This document shows, in pieces, positions 25,787 to 39,954 of a stretch of DNA of 64,000 bases. The notes beneath the pieces are model-generated. The model worked only from the letters and a program-made list of their open reading frames with translations. It was not told the origin of the DNA and made no database searches. How positions within the stretch are numbered: the stretch's first letter is position 1; every line of letters begins with the position of its first letter. The DNA comes from the human T2T-CHM13v2.0 reference genome, Homo sapiens: assembly GCF_009914755.1 (NCBI RefSeq), contig NC_060945.1. The stretch is one strand, 5' to 3'. The position numbers and the translations under genes were made by a program.

Positions 25787-28700
25787 CTATTACAAACAAA
25801 ACACAGAAAGCAAACACACACAAAAAAAACTTCAGAAAAAGTTGTATTTATTCACTCAATCAATTTGTCAGAAAGACAACAACAACAACAAAAAACATAC
25901 TTTGTATCTGTCAAATCATATGCACTATCCTGGGAGAAGCAGAAAATATACATGGAAGATACATTCTGGCTTATGTTCAAGAAATGGTAGAGATATGTGA
26001 AAACAAATAAGAACAAAAAGTAAAATTCACCAGTTCTACAATTTAAGTCAATAAAATACATAAGGGCACAAAGGAGAGAAAAATCAGTTTTACCTGAAAA
26101 GCTTAGAAAATGCTGCCATAATGGGGCCATATTGGGAAGGACAGACAAAGTGCAGAGTCAGGATACAAAGACTCTAGGTGCAATAGCATGTGCAAAATAA
26201 TAAGGCATGAAACAACATGGCCACTGAGGGATGCCAGAGTGATGTGGTAAAACTGGAACACAGTCAGAGCAAATGAGTTAAAGAGATAAAATGAGACCAA
26301 ACCATATAAGATATGTATCACGCTAGAATGTGAACTTACCCCTTCATGTAATGGGTATCCACTCAATATGCAGATGAGTTACATCATTACAAGTATATTT
26401 CAGAAAGGTGACCCTTCCAGTGATGTAAAGATGAACATGGGGAGATGGGGCAAAACTAGAAAGGAGTACTTCAAAATTATAGGTAGAGAGTTAATTATGG
26501 TAATAAGATACGGAAAATTATAAGAAGGCAGAAAATACAAAATTAGGTGTGTGACTGGATGGGTGACATGGAGAAGGGTTGAAGTGCAGGATGTAGGGGA
26601 CAGTTGAAGTGCCAGTTGAAGTGCTTGAGCATTTCATGGCTACTTCCTAGGTGTTATTTACTAGGATGGGGAAACCAGATGACAGAGTAGATTACAAAGA
26701 GTCAGAAAAGAGTCAGAAAAAAATAAAATAATGTTTTCAGTTTCAGACCTATAAGATTTGAGGCATCCATGGGGCTTAGAAGAAAGATCTGGATAAAGAC
26801 ATTTGGAGTATGAGTAGATGACCTACATGAGGAAAATTACATAGTGATTAGAAAATAAATATTTGTAAGATAGACTAAATGGGTAGAATTAAGCAACACA
26901 AATCTATGCAGACTGCTGAAATTTTGAAAATGAAATCAAAGGAGAGAGAAAAACATGGGATTAAGTTTCTCAGTTATATATTTCCAAATTTATTTCAAGA
27001 ATATAATTTTATTTATATAGGTAAATATTTATTTCTGAAATATTTTTTGCAATATGCATCTTTGAATTGAATGAAAACATTTAATTCTAAAACAACAAGA
27101 TTCTGCAAAATGACCTTTATAAAAACCTTGAAATTTTTAACTGTACAAGAGAAATGCTTACCCATAGAATTATAAGGCATTTTTAAGTACTACTATAAAG
27201 TGAGATAGAAATGTGAAACTGTTTTAAAATTCACATGCTTTTCTTATGCTCCTGCAAACAAGATAATGCTAGCTCAAATTGCCTATTTACACCATATAGG
27301 ATGGTAGTTTAAAACTGGAGAAAAGATCTCATATAAAGAAAATTAAGCAACAATTATTCAAGTTGATGATTTAATAGTTTTTACATATATCTATGATTGT
27401 CAAGTAGAATTCAGTATTCACAGGAGAAGTGAAGAAAGAAACTAAAAAGTTCAAGTCAACAAGATTCCTGAGTTTTAGAAATAAACAAATATATGTGCAA
27501 GGTGTAATAGTTATGAAGACTAAAGTTAATAAGGCTTCCTGGAAAAAATATAAAATATCCCCATTGCAAGAGATATTTTTAAGTGTAAAAAGTATTCTTC
27601 CAATGATAAGTTTGTTTACTCTGTTAAATCTTCCCTTACGTATGATTCTATGATAATAAGTACTTTACTTTAAAACAATTGACAAATATTGATTACATTC
27701 ATTTGATGTGTGCATGTAATACCATTACATACCTATATTATGAGCAAAAATGTCAGAATATTTCTAGAGATTAATAATTTCTACATTTCTTTGACAGTGT
27801 TGTAGCTTAAAAGTGATTCTTCTCTTTTAGGAGACACAGATTAAGAACCATGTTCATATGATCAGAAACTTTAATTTTAATAACAAGTTTAAATAAAATG
27901 CTTATTTATTTATACTCTATTATCAAAAATATTCAAAATGGCTACCAAGATTATACAAAAGAGTAAGATAAGTTAAATAACCTAAGAATATGTCAAATAT
28001 TAAGTTAGAAATCTTAAACCAGAAACCAAAGAATCAAAAAGTAATAATTCACAATAAAGTTGGCAAGGCCTAAAACAGATTTCACTTTGCATTCTACAAA
28101 ATTATAAGTACGACTAGATTAAATATAAGACATAAAGTTACTAAAAGAAGTAAGAATTAAATTTTTGTTCCTTGTTTATAATTTTTTTGTTGACACACTA
28201 TAAATGTACGTTTTGGGGGTATATATCATCACTTAATACATTCACATAATCAAATCAGAATAATTGAGATATTAATCACCTTAAGTATTTATCTTTCCTT
28301 TATGCTAGAAACATTCAAATTATTCTCTACTAGGTATTTTAAAGAGTACAACAAATTGCTCCTACCTATACTCGTCCTTATATTTTCTGTCAGCTTTTTA
28401 TTAAAATCAGCTGTAAGTCACTCAAAAACACCTGAGCTATCTTTTATTAGCTGGCTATGTTTTCTTAATTTTTATTTTAAATAATTTATATCATATCTTT
28501 TATTCTAGAGAGTTCCTGCTCTCATTTAAACCACTATTTTTGCTGTGTTTTTATAAGAATCTGTCTCATCCTCTCTCATGTAGTCTCTGTGTTTATCTTA
28601 CCCTTCTTCAACGAATTATTTCCTATTATCCCCTTCATCTAATTTATTATTATACAAATATGGTGGTATCCATTATTTTTTTAATCAAAATTACCTACGA

Positions 28701-29528
28701 CAAAAATTTATTCTTACACAGTTTATAGTACTGTAGAAATAATTAAAATTTTAAAATTACGTTATATTTTGAAATATCTCTTCACAATTTACAGTTGTAT
28801 TAATTACCTCTTGTGTGGAAAAATGTGAGAGTTTAGTTTTTAATAGTACCTTATTTAACTGGGTTTGCATTGAAATGGTATAGGTTGTTTCTATTCTGTG
28901 TGGCAAAAAGCTAATAAATAATTGTATAAATTCTGCTTCTTCCAAGAAACAGAGAAAAAAAAGAATAAATCATGGGGGGGGGCAATGATTGAGTAATGAA
29001 AATCATACATAGCAACTAAATAGAGACCTGTAAATAAATATGCTGACAATTGAGACAGAGATGCCCTCAAAAACAGACATTGAAGAAATGTATTCTGTGA
29101 GAAAAAAGTCTGGGGTAAATCATTTTTAAAAAGGTGAAGGAGACGGAAGAAACAAACAAGAGCCATGATCCGTCAATCATGAGCTTCAGTCGTGAAAGAA
29201 AAGGAGAAACAGCTACGCGAAGACATGTGATGAAATACAAAAAATACAGACTTTTGTTAATAATATTGCTGATCAGTATTTACACTACAATTAGTTATTT
29301 TGTTAATACTTGTGTAGTAAAGATTTTATTTTTAATATTATATAATAAGAAAATTAGTTAAACATGGTCTTCAGCCAATACCTAAAAGCGAGAATATTCT
29401 TACTACAGAGAGAGAAAAATTTAAAAAGGAATGTTTCATAAACTTTTCACCTGAAGAAAGTATTGGTAATCAGAATTTTAGAGTAATGTATTCCTTGAAA
29501 AGATATGTTCAATAGAACATGAGTTTCA

Positions 29529-30050
29529 TCCTGGCTAACACGGTGAAACCCCGTCTCTACTAAAAATACAAAAAATTAGCCCGGCATGGTGGCGGGCACC
29601 TGTAGTCCCAGCTGCTCTGGAGGCTGAGGCAGGAGAATGGTGTGAACCCGGGAGGCGGGGCTTGCAAGTGAGCCCACATTGCGCCACTGCACTCCAACCT
29701 GGGCGACACAGCGAGACTCCGTCTCAAAAAAGAAAAAAAAAAGAACATGAGTTTCAGCTGGACATGGTGGTTCACGCCTGTAATCCCAGGACTTTGGAGG
29801 GCAGATCATGAGGTGAAGAGATTGACACCATCCTGGGCAACATGGTGACACCCTGTCTCTACTAAAAATACAAAAATCAGCTGGGCATGGTGGCATGCAC
29901 CTGCTGTCCCAGCTACACAGGTGGCTGACGCAGGAGAATTACTTGAACCAAGAAGGCAGAGGTTGCAGTCAGCCGAGATCATGCCACTGCACTTCAACCT
30001 GGGCGACACAGCAAGACTCCATCTCAAAAAAAACAAAAAGCAAACAAACA
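29529..30050 (+). mobile_element. Two tandem Alus: 5'-truncated AluY (29529-29741) and AluSc-like (29757-30050)
   Basis: Both have A-tails; AACATGAGTT occurs before, between and after them. Confidence 0.9.
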
Positions 30051-30784
30051 AAACATGAGTTGAGACTAAAATATATTAAATTTTTTAAAATCTGAACTCC
30101 ACTTGGAGGATACTAGAAAATATAGTGTAATCTTCTTTCCTATTTACTACATATCTCTGATTTATTGTCTTCTTATTTATGACATAATTTCTTAAGATAA
30201 CACAAGTTAATTTATGCATTCTAAATATTAAAAGAAAATATAAATTTAAGCCATATTTTAGAAACGCATTAGATTTAATTATAAGGTATATTATGCATAT
30301 TATCTTACTTGTAATATTCCATTACATAAAAATTCATTTGCTTATTTATTCACATTGAAAACCTCTTAAAATGCTTTTTACAGGCAAGACTGTATTCTGG
30401 GTACACTAGGATGCACACAAGTATGTTTTCTAACCTGCAGTATCTCATAGTGATGCAAGAGCTTCAAAACAATTATTTAAATAACTAAATAAAAAATCTT
30501 CTGAAATTTAAAATTTTCAAATGTGATCAAAGATCTTTGAACAATATGTTTAAAAAGTGCAATTTAAAAACTCTGAAATTAAAATCTTACCATATGCTTA
30601 TTAAGAGTCTCTGCTTCCAGAACTGGTTGTTTACTTGGGGTGAAACCTGCATTCTTCATTTAGTTGAAGAATTTAAAGTATACTTTTAATGAAATAACTT
30701 AGAAAACATCCTCACATGCCTTAATAATACAGATTCTGAGAAAGAGAATTTACATTTCTAAATTTCTACAATTATATTCAAAAT

Positions 30785-30898
30785 TAGAGATAAGTTCTCA
30801 CTATGTGCCCACACTGGTCTCAAACTCTTGGGCTCAAGCAATCTTCCTGCATCACCCTCCTTGGTAGCTGGAACTACAGGCATGCACCACCATGCCCA
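30785..30898 (-). mobile_element. FLAM/AluJ monomer
   Basis: CTGGTCTCAAACTCTTGGGCTCAAGCAATC...ACCATGCCC. Confidence 0.75.
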
Positions 30899-31528
30899 AA
30901 TAAATTTTCACAATTTCTAATATTATTTTGGTGTTTAATTAAAGAACCAAGAAGAGAAACTGATAAAAAGCTCTCTCCTAAAAACTACATGATATCAAAA
31001 TAATATGTGCCAAAAAAACCTATATGCTATGTGGCACAGTTTCAGAACTGAACTTTATCAGACAGATTCCCTGATTACTGTAATAAGTAACTGGATCCAT
31101 TAAAGATAATTTTAAGGATGAGGTTTTTTTAAAGTTACAATAGAATAATTTTAAAAGTCACAGTAAGTTTACTTATGCAAAGAAACCTTTACCAGATTTT
31201 ATATATTCTCTATTGTGGACACGTTTTTTCTAATATAATGTTGCTGTCACTATGTATTCTACAGCCCGTTCCAGTTTTTGGCCCTCACACCCTCAAAGTA
31301 TTTACCAATCATTTGTTATTTACTGAAGTAAAACAAACAAACAAAAACAAAAAACAAAAAAACTGTTTAAATCAACTACTCATATTTCTATAAAATGTTT
31401 TTATGTGACCAACTTTATATTACCAACATGAAATTATGATACATACACCACTGCTAAACATGAAAAGTAAATACTATACAGAATTAGATTCCAACTGAGA
31501 AAATCAATTTAACAAGAGACCATTTTAC

Positions 31529-31601
31529 CTTGGTAGTACGATTAAAGTCTTCCTCAACTTTTGTAGACTGTGAATTTTCAGTAGTCGGTTTGCCAAAAAG
31601 A
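31529..31601 (-). pseudogene. 73-nt exon (S)LFGKPTTENSQSTKVEEDFNRTTK
   Basis: CTCTAG|T acceptor, AAG|GTAAAA donor. Confidence 0.85.
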
Positions 31602-31774
31602 CTAGAGAAAAAAGATAAAACAAAAATGAGCAAATTCATATATTTAAAAAGAAAATCTGCTAGTTCATATCTTGGTGCTCACTCCAAAAAATGAGAACAA
31701 AAAAAATCTGGGGAAAGATCAGTCCTCGATATATTAAATCATGTTTCTTGGCATAATTAAAATATGCCATCTGG

Positions 31775-32073
31775 TTTTTGTTGTTTTTTTTTTTGAGACG
31801 GAGTCTCGCTCTGTCGCCCAGACTGGAGTGAGATGGCGCGATCTGGGCTCACTGCAAGCTCTGCCTCCCGGGGTTCACGCCATTCTCCTGCCTCAGCCTC
31901 CCCAGTAGCTAGGGCTGGAGCCCACCACCGCGCCTGGCTAATTTTTTGTATTTTTAGTAGAGACGGGGTTTCACCGTGTTAGCCAGGATGGTCTCGATCT
32001 CCTGACCTCATGATCCGCCCGCCTCAGCCTCCCAAAGTGCTGGGATTACAGGCGTGAGCCACGGCGCCCGGCC
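31775..32073 (-). mobile_element. AluY
   Basis: CpG-rich full-length Alu ending GCGCCCGGCC. Confidence 0.95.
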
Positions 32074-32731
32074 CCTCTGTTTTTAAAAAAGATTGTATTT
32101 ACCTATTTTCGACTCTATCTCTCCAACCTGTAACATCCAATGAACACTCACTCTTAGTTCCATAAAAAATAGTGACCGCCAATATAATTGGCATACCCTG
32201 AGTATAATTCATCCTCACAAACTGTCCTCTATGGTGAACTGAAAATGTACTTAATGGCTGACATAACTTTTGATATCTAAACTGGAACAAACTTGATAAC
32301 CTAAAATGAGGAAGAAAGGTACAGTTACCTTGTCCCTTATCCATTGTCTATCTCTGATTCAAAGACTAATCTGTGTCACTGGAAAATGACATTCTTTGTT
32401 TTTCGGCATAAAAACCACTTAAAAAGGCCTTGTTGCTTCCCTTCACCCTAAAACGCTACAAGAGAGTGCCCTGAAATATCTGAAATGTTGAAAAGCTGAA
32501 CCTACAAATGTCAAAATACAAATCTATATTTGTTATTGGGAATAGTTTTCTCACAAAAATTGAAATATTAAAAGTAATAAAGTCTAACTACTTATTTTAT
32601 AATTGTCCTTCCTTGTTCAGGTCTACATAAACTAGCAAAGCCTTAAAAATCTTCATAGGTACTTATACCCAAGGAGAGAGACTGCTAGAAAAACTGAGTC
32701 CTGATAGTTGAATTTCTCTAAGTACTATATA

Positions 32732-32808
32732 TACAGAGAGAAAGATCTGGAAGTGGGAGCCACTATATATAGTGAAAGTGTCTCCCACTTCCAGATCTTT
32801 CTTCTGCA
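32732..32808 (-). ncRNA. MIR3156: miR-3156 family precursor hairpin (77 nt); 5p arm AAAGAUCUGGAAGUGGGAGACA at 32800-32779
   Basis: Perfect 20-bp inverted repeat 32740-32759 / 32782-32801; minus-strand sequence matches recalled mir-3156; lies in an ANKRD30B-type intron. Confidence 0.9.
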
Positions 32809-34667
32809 GAGCTTCATGGCAGTCTCCAACCTTTAAATATTTAGCTCATCTAAGCACAGATTACTGAAAAGATAAACTCAATGACCAACCAATAAGCTCT
32901 GTATTTACCTGTTCCTGAAAAACAACTAAATGGAGTCTCAGTCATGTTACCAAAAACCCAACTGAAGCTCCATGACTAATTTGACAGCCAATCTTCCCCC
33001 TGCTTTACATGTACATGGGTAGGACATCAGAGGCTTGGAAAAAGAGGCAAACGGGAGGGGACACCTGCCTTAGGCCACAGATCTATGTAATTCAGCAACC
33101 TTCAATCCCCTAGCACTCAAGGGGCTCTAAGCCACTCCTGTGAGATTTGGGGTGAAAGAACAGAATAGGACATTTCTATTCTGATTGTGGAGACTTTTCT
33201 GAGTTGGTCTTTTTTTCTAAATCTTTCAATAGAAATCTTGAAGTTTGCCCATTCCTCCAATTAAACAAGCAAAAAAAGCAGCAACCTATTCAGGACTTCT
33301 TTGAACCCTATTTTAGTATGCCTTTCTAGATAACTCCCAATGTCTTCTGTGTTTTTGGTCCTCTAATTTATCTTCATCAAACGTCATAAGATCCAATATT
33401 CTGATCTCTTTGGTAAATAAAACCCTTACTCCTACCAATCCTGGGATTGTTTCTCTTCAAACTTGGCCTTTCCCTGATAATTCCATTCTTATCTACTTCC
33501 ACTGGGTTCTCCAGCTAATTCCATTCTTATCCCTTTCCATTTGTTTAATCAGATCCATCCCCTTTTCCTTTCTATTATTCAAACACTCACTTACATGATG
33601 ATATAAAAACAAGAGTAATGGGCTTTGAAATGAGTTTAAATATTACTTCTGCTACCTCTTGTATTTAAATAAGTCACTTTGAGTTTCAGATTCTCCATGT
33701 GAACAACAATTTTTCCAGGATATTAAATAGAGTTTAAAATATGAAAGTATTTTGATTAGTCTCCAAGAGTCCTAAAAATCCTAAAATTCCATGTGCTTTA
33801 ATTTTAGCTATAGAAAAACGGGGCTGGCAGAAAGAAATAAAATAATAGAAGAAAAGAATACCAAGGAAAGCAGAGAAGAAAGTAATCAGGAAAAGATTAT
33901 AAATAAGTCATGAAAGAAGAGAAAAGACTCTAGAAAAGAAAATGAAGAGTGCATGCAACTAAGAGGGGAATGCTTTGAAGAAGAACTAAATTAAGAAGTC
34001 AGTAAATAGAGAATTCTATAAGAAATAGTCTCTAAATATGATTAACATATCTATATGTAGATATTCTCCACTAAAAGTGAAATAATCCATCTATAGGATT
34101 TACCTGGTATTGCATATGAAACAAAAGCCTATGTCTTGTGGCCACAGCTAAGTAAGATCTGCTCTAAAAACGGCGATAAAAACAAGGTACTGGTTACCAC
34201 TTTAACAGTTAAACATGTTAGAACAAAGTCTTGAATTAATCAGTGTTCTATGGGAAATCTCTAAAAAGAGTTAACATATAACAAAATGTGACTTTGTGAA
34301 TTGATCCCATCTGGACCTGTATCTTGATCCTAGTGATGCACAGGTCTCCATCCATCTATGCCGAGGGGGAAGTGAAGGGATTAGGGAGCAAGGTAAGCAG
34401 ATGGCAAACTCAAGGGTCAGCTACTTTTTAGCTATGAAATCATAGGTCAATTAATCAACCTCTCTGAATCACATTTGCCTGATTAATACAAAGTAGGTGA
34501 CAGTAGCACAGATGCTTTGCAAAGCTGTGTGATGACTATGTGAAATGATAAATATTAAGCACATAATACGTTGTATAGCCCAGAGTAGAATACTCAGCAG
34601 ATAGTGATTTCTTTTCTCTATATTTTCTGAGTTAACATATACGTTTTAAAAAACCGCAAAGTCTTAC

Positions 34668-34698
34668 CTGAATGTGGACTCTACAGAACTCACATCCA
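34668..34698 (-). pseudogene. 31-nt exon (V)DVSSVESTF(S)
   Basis: AATAG|TG acceptor, CAG|GTAAGA donor; phases match neighbours. Confidence 0.85.
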
Positions 34699-34771
34699 CT
34701 ATTAAAGAAAAGAGTAAAATACATTAAATCAACAAATACAAATAAAAAATACAGAATATTAAAAACATAAG

Positions 34772-34880
34772 AGGGCACGATGGCACATGCCTGTAATCCC
34801 AGCTACTTGGGAAGGTGAGGCAGGAGGATCATCTGAGGAGCCCAGGAGTCTGAAAGCAGCCTGGGAGACATTGCAAGACT
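34772..34880 (+). mobile_element. FLAM/Alu monomer
   Basis: GGCACATGCCTGTAATCCCAGCTACTTGGG... Confidence 0.75.
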
Positions 34881-35303
34881 TCAACTTAACTTAAAGGAAT
34901 CCTGCACACTTTCATGCATGATTCAGGTCTTGGTTTAAAAAGCATAATACTCTGACACTTTGTTACAAAGACTCAGATGATTTGTTACAAAGCATTCTTT
35001 TGGGACCATACATTGAGACTATAATAAAATTATTATTAAGTATACTATTGGTAGGAAATTAATGCATTAAGAATGCTTATTTCCCCTCCTTTGTAGTTCT
35101 CAAATGCAAGGAAAAATGGAATTTATCACAATTTGATCTCTGCAAGTGAACTACAGTGTACAATAGTCATAATCCAAACAGAACCCTATAAGACTGACAG
35201 AAAACTGTATAATAATTAGAAGAATTAGTATAAGTGGACAGTGTCAAACTTAGAAAGTATAATTTCTAGACAAATGGACTAGAAGCAGTTAGAACAGAGT
35301 ATA

Positions 35304-36248
35304 CAGTAGTCTCTTATCTGCTGTATGTGTAGAAAGAAACACACACAACATGATTTCCCTCTGCTCTCATACCAAAATCATTAAAACAGAAGACATCTGC
35401 GACCAAATGTGTGGAGGATTTTCTCCACCAACTAATAAGCAATGAATTCTGTAGCAAAAAACAGCTGACTGTCCTCTATTTAATTCCAACACTGTCTATC
35501 TAGAAATAGTCTCAGATCCCACAGACTGAGTGCTCAGTCTCACAAGACTTCCCTCACACACCAGTTGCAAATCTGGGTCTCTTTAATTTCTGTGATTTCA
35601 GTTACTCATAGTCAATGATAGTCCAAAATTATTAAATGTGGAATTCCAGAAATATACAAGTCATAAGTCCTAAATAATGTGTCATTCTAAGGAGTACAAT
35701 GAAATATTAAGGCATCCTGTTCCATTTCATCCAGGTCATGAATCATCCCTTTGTATATGCTATCTGTCCATTAGTCATCAAAATGGTCTGTTCCTGAATC
35801 CCAACCATCAACATTATCATGGCTCAATGATCTAGGGTCACATGAAGCAGATGATCCTCCTTCTGATGTGTGGTCAGACAGCAAGAAATAATTAGTAGCC
35901 TAACACCACATGACAATTCCTACCTCATTCACCTGACTTCAACACATCACATAGGCATTATATCATCTCACAGCCATCACACAAAAAAAAAGGGCGAGTA
36001 CAATACAAGACACTTTGAGGGACCATATTCACCTAACTTTGATTACAATATATTGTTATTGTTATATTTTATTATGAGTTCTTGTTAATCTCTCACTCTG
36101 CCTAATTTATGAATTAAACTTTATCATAAATATGCACTTATAGAAGAAAAAAAGCATGGATGTATAGGGTTCCATACTATCCACAGTTTCAGACATTCAA
36201 TGGGTGTCTTAGAAAATATCCGCCTTGGATAAGGATGAATTACTGTAC
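35304..36248 (+). mobile_element. MER44/Tigger7-like DNA transposon with a nested MER21-like LTR fragment (~35324-35585)
   Basis: TIR-like ends CAGTAGTCTCTTATC and GATAAGGATGAATTACTG flanked by TA; MER44-like body resumes at ~35590. Confidence 0.65.
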
Positions 36249-36250
36249 TC

Positions 36251-36251
<1 letters not shown>

Positions 36252-36304
<53 letters not shown>

Positions 36305-36312
36305 AAGAGGGG

Positions 36313-36340
<28 letters not shown>
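36252..36340. repeat. (TG)n(AG)n compound microsatellite
   Basis: Directly visible. Confidence 0.95.
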
Positions 36341-36346
<6 letters not shown>

Positions 36347-37292
36347 ACAGATCTCCACTCTCCACAAGAAGCAGATAAAAAAGACAACACTTTTCCTCAC
36401 ACATGACCCTTAGGTTTTGACAATTCTGGAAAAATGCTGGCATGTGTACTCCCCAGTCTAGACAATTTCCTAGACCCTGTGTATATATGCTGCTTTAGTT
36501 GCAAAAAGTTAGGTAGGATCTTGGGAGATTTCCTCTTGGACGCCAGAAATATTAACCACATCAACATTATACCTAACAACTCTAAAATAATTCTTTTGAA
36601 CAGATTACCACTGAAGAACTTGTAAGTTAAATCCAATTGACTTTTCAGTTATAATCTTACTGCTGAAATTCTCATATTTAAAAGAAATTTGCAACATCAC
36701 TTTCTCTGACTACTCTCCTACTTTTCATTAGCCACTGCTCAGTCTCCTTTACCAAGTCCTGTGACTCTGTGAAATGTTGATACTCCCAGGATTTTGTCAA
36801 TGGCTTTCTTCTTATTCTACATCTTCTGCATCATGGATAAGCTCAGTGAGATCTATGGCTTTGCTTAATAATTATAATAAAATTATTCTAAGCCTGCATC
36901 TCCAACCAGAGTTCTATCTCCAGCTAGAAATACGTATAAACCAATTACCTACTGAAAATATCCCACATGAATGTTTCATTGAACTCAATATGTAAAGAAA
37001 ACGGTTGGTCTGTCCCATGACTGTTTGCACTTTTCTGTTGACCTGACAATTTCCTACTCCTTCCCCATGAGCATTCCCCATGTGGAAACTTATGAATGAC
37101 CTGAAATTTCTTCTCTCCCGTAGCTTTTTCAACTCAATAATCACTAAATCATCTTAACTGTACCTCTTTTCTGCATTTGCTTTATCTTTCCATTGCAACT
37201 GGAAATACAAACTTATTTATTTTATATTTATATTTCCTAGTTAGACATGGCCCCTTAACTGATGGCTTTCACAGGAAAAAAGCAACCCTACC

Positions 37293-38055
37293 TGTAGGGG
37301 ATCGGACAAAGTGGTTAAAAAAATTATAAAGATAGTTATAGGAAATAGACACAAACCTTCTTGGAAGGCCGGGGGGTTGCATAGCTTCAGTAAATGATTT
37401 GGCTGAAAACAGCCTAATCTTCTTTACTTTGAGTTGGTAGCAATAGAGCAAATATCTAGGGAATGTGGAGGAGTTTATCTAAATACCTTGTTTACTCACG
37501 TGGTCCTAAGACAAAAGTTTGATCATCCGAGGGTGCATGATTGCTTTGTACTGGGGGTTGGCAATCTTAATTACCCTCTAGTGATGTTTACTCAACAGCT
37601 TTGTCATTTAATCTGTATTAAATAAATGCGAACTTTACAGGCTTATCGAGGCCAACAATGCAGACTCAGGCAGCAGAACCCCTTAGCTGCACTGACAGGC
37701 AAAATATCTGTTTCAGTATACGTCTCTCATCCATCACTTAGGTCAGTGTCCATAGGATGGACCCGGCAGGTGGCAAGACAAACGATGCAAAAGGATCGTG
37801 ATGGACCCCTCAAAAATGAAGGTGAAAAGAACTGCGCAGGCAGCGAGTAAGTCATTGGTGCCTGCTCAGGATTTCCAAGTTTGGGGGAAATTGTTCAGGC
37901 AAGAGTTTCATCATGGGACAACAATTATCAGCACAAAAGAAACAGTATATAAAAGTATTGAAAAAGCTGCTTAAAGCTAGTGCAGCCTTGGTATCGCGGT
38001 CCCTCAATTAAGGGACACAGTGCAAACTGTTGTATTCCACCACCCATGGTTATGG
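37293..38055 (+). mobile_element. HERV-K22 (HML-5) remnant: LTR22 (~37293-37768), leader and start of gag (ATG 37913), then truncated
   Basis: TGTAGGGGATC...GGACCCGGCA LTR with AATAAA near 37621; gag N-terminus MGQQLSAQKKQYIKVLKKLLKAS with Gly2 (myristoylation position). Confidence 0.8.
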
Positions 38056-38995
38056 AATTCCAAATTCACCTTACCAAATGGATTTTAGACAAAGTTTTAT
38101 TGGAGTACAATCACGCCTATTTCTTCACATGGTATCTATGACTGCTTTCATGCTACAATGGTAGAGTTGAAAAGCTGTGATAGAGACCACATCACCTAAC
38201 ATATTTCCTGTTTGGCACTTTACAGGAAAAGTTTGCCAGTGCCTGGTTTATACCATGACCAGAATGCTCTGATACTTAAATCTAATCTTGGGACTCCCCT
38301 GCTCAAACAATTCCAATGAATCCATGCAGAAAACATTGCTGGCTGCCAATGCATAGAAATTATTTTTCTTTCTTACAGCAGAAACACAAGTTTATTTACA
38401 TATTTATTATTCCTTTACTCCCATCTCATCTACAAAATGAGAAATCATTATTCTAAGCTAATCACAGTAAGAACATTTGCTTTTCTAGTGACTGGTTTAC
38501 AAATGAGTATTTGTACTCAGAGGCTGATGGAGGAGAATCACTTGAGTCCAGGAGGCAGAGAGGGTAGTGAGGTAAGATCACACCGTTGCACTCCAGCCTG
38601 GGCAAAAGAGGGAAACTCCATCTCCAAAAACACAAATATTTAAAATGCATTCCAGTATTTTAAATATTTTCGTTTTAATTTCTAATATTAGTTGAAGCAG
38701 TAAATACTCCCACTTCAATAAAAGCTCTCTGATATAAGCTATCATTTGATGTTGACTTTTAGTGGCTATGAAAGACAGCCTAATTAAATGTGTTTTAGAG
38801 TTAAAATCACAAACTATGAAGCCTGAAATCAAAGCGGAGCTAACTGTATTGAGTACACCTAAAATATAAGATAAGCAAAAAAAAAGGAAGTTCCAAAATA
38901 ATATGTACAGTGTACAACTATTTATTGAAAATTTAAGACATGAAAACAAATTCTACACATAGTCTAGAACCACACACATATGTTGTGAATTTCTG

Positions 38996-39303
<308 letters not shown>

Positions 39304-39954
39304 TGTTGTAACATGTTTTAAACATGCATGGGAATGACAACAAAAACTAATTCAGGCTGTTTTGTACCTCTAGGAAATTAATTACAGTAGCATAAAAAGA
39401 TACTAAGGCCAAATGCTTTAGAGTTACGCTTCTAAAACACCGTGTCTAGCAAAGAGTCATCAAGTAAAGATTTTTAAAAATTATAAGTCACACACACACA
39501 CACACTCAATCACCTAATCAGAAAAACAAGAAACCGATTTTCTTTAGATTCTCAGAGTGACAACACTCACAACTGTCATGTCAGCAAGTGAAACTTTCCT
39601 CAAAGTAAAGATCAGAATTCCAATCAGCATTTGAACCACTGCAAATATTTCACAGGGTCAAAATTCACCTGCCTCAAAACCGAGCATGTATAGAAATTGC
39701 AAATTGGAAACTTTATAGTATCAGGATATTAAAGAAGAACCACATGAGGTACAGTAGAATTTTTTTTAAATCTCTAAATCTTACGCTTGTAAATGGCATT
39801 TTCTCAAACATGAATACTAACATTGGTATTATTTGTGTCAAATTTCCCCATCCAATTTTGAAAAGAAAACAACATTGGGAATAAAAAGGCTCTTGGCACT
39901 TCAAATATTTTAATGTTCTTAATTCCACAGTAAAATTAAAATTACAAAATTTAC

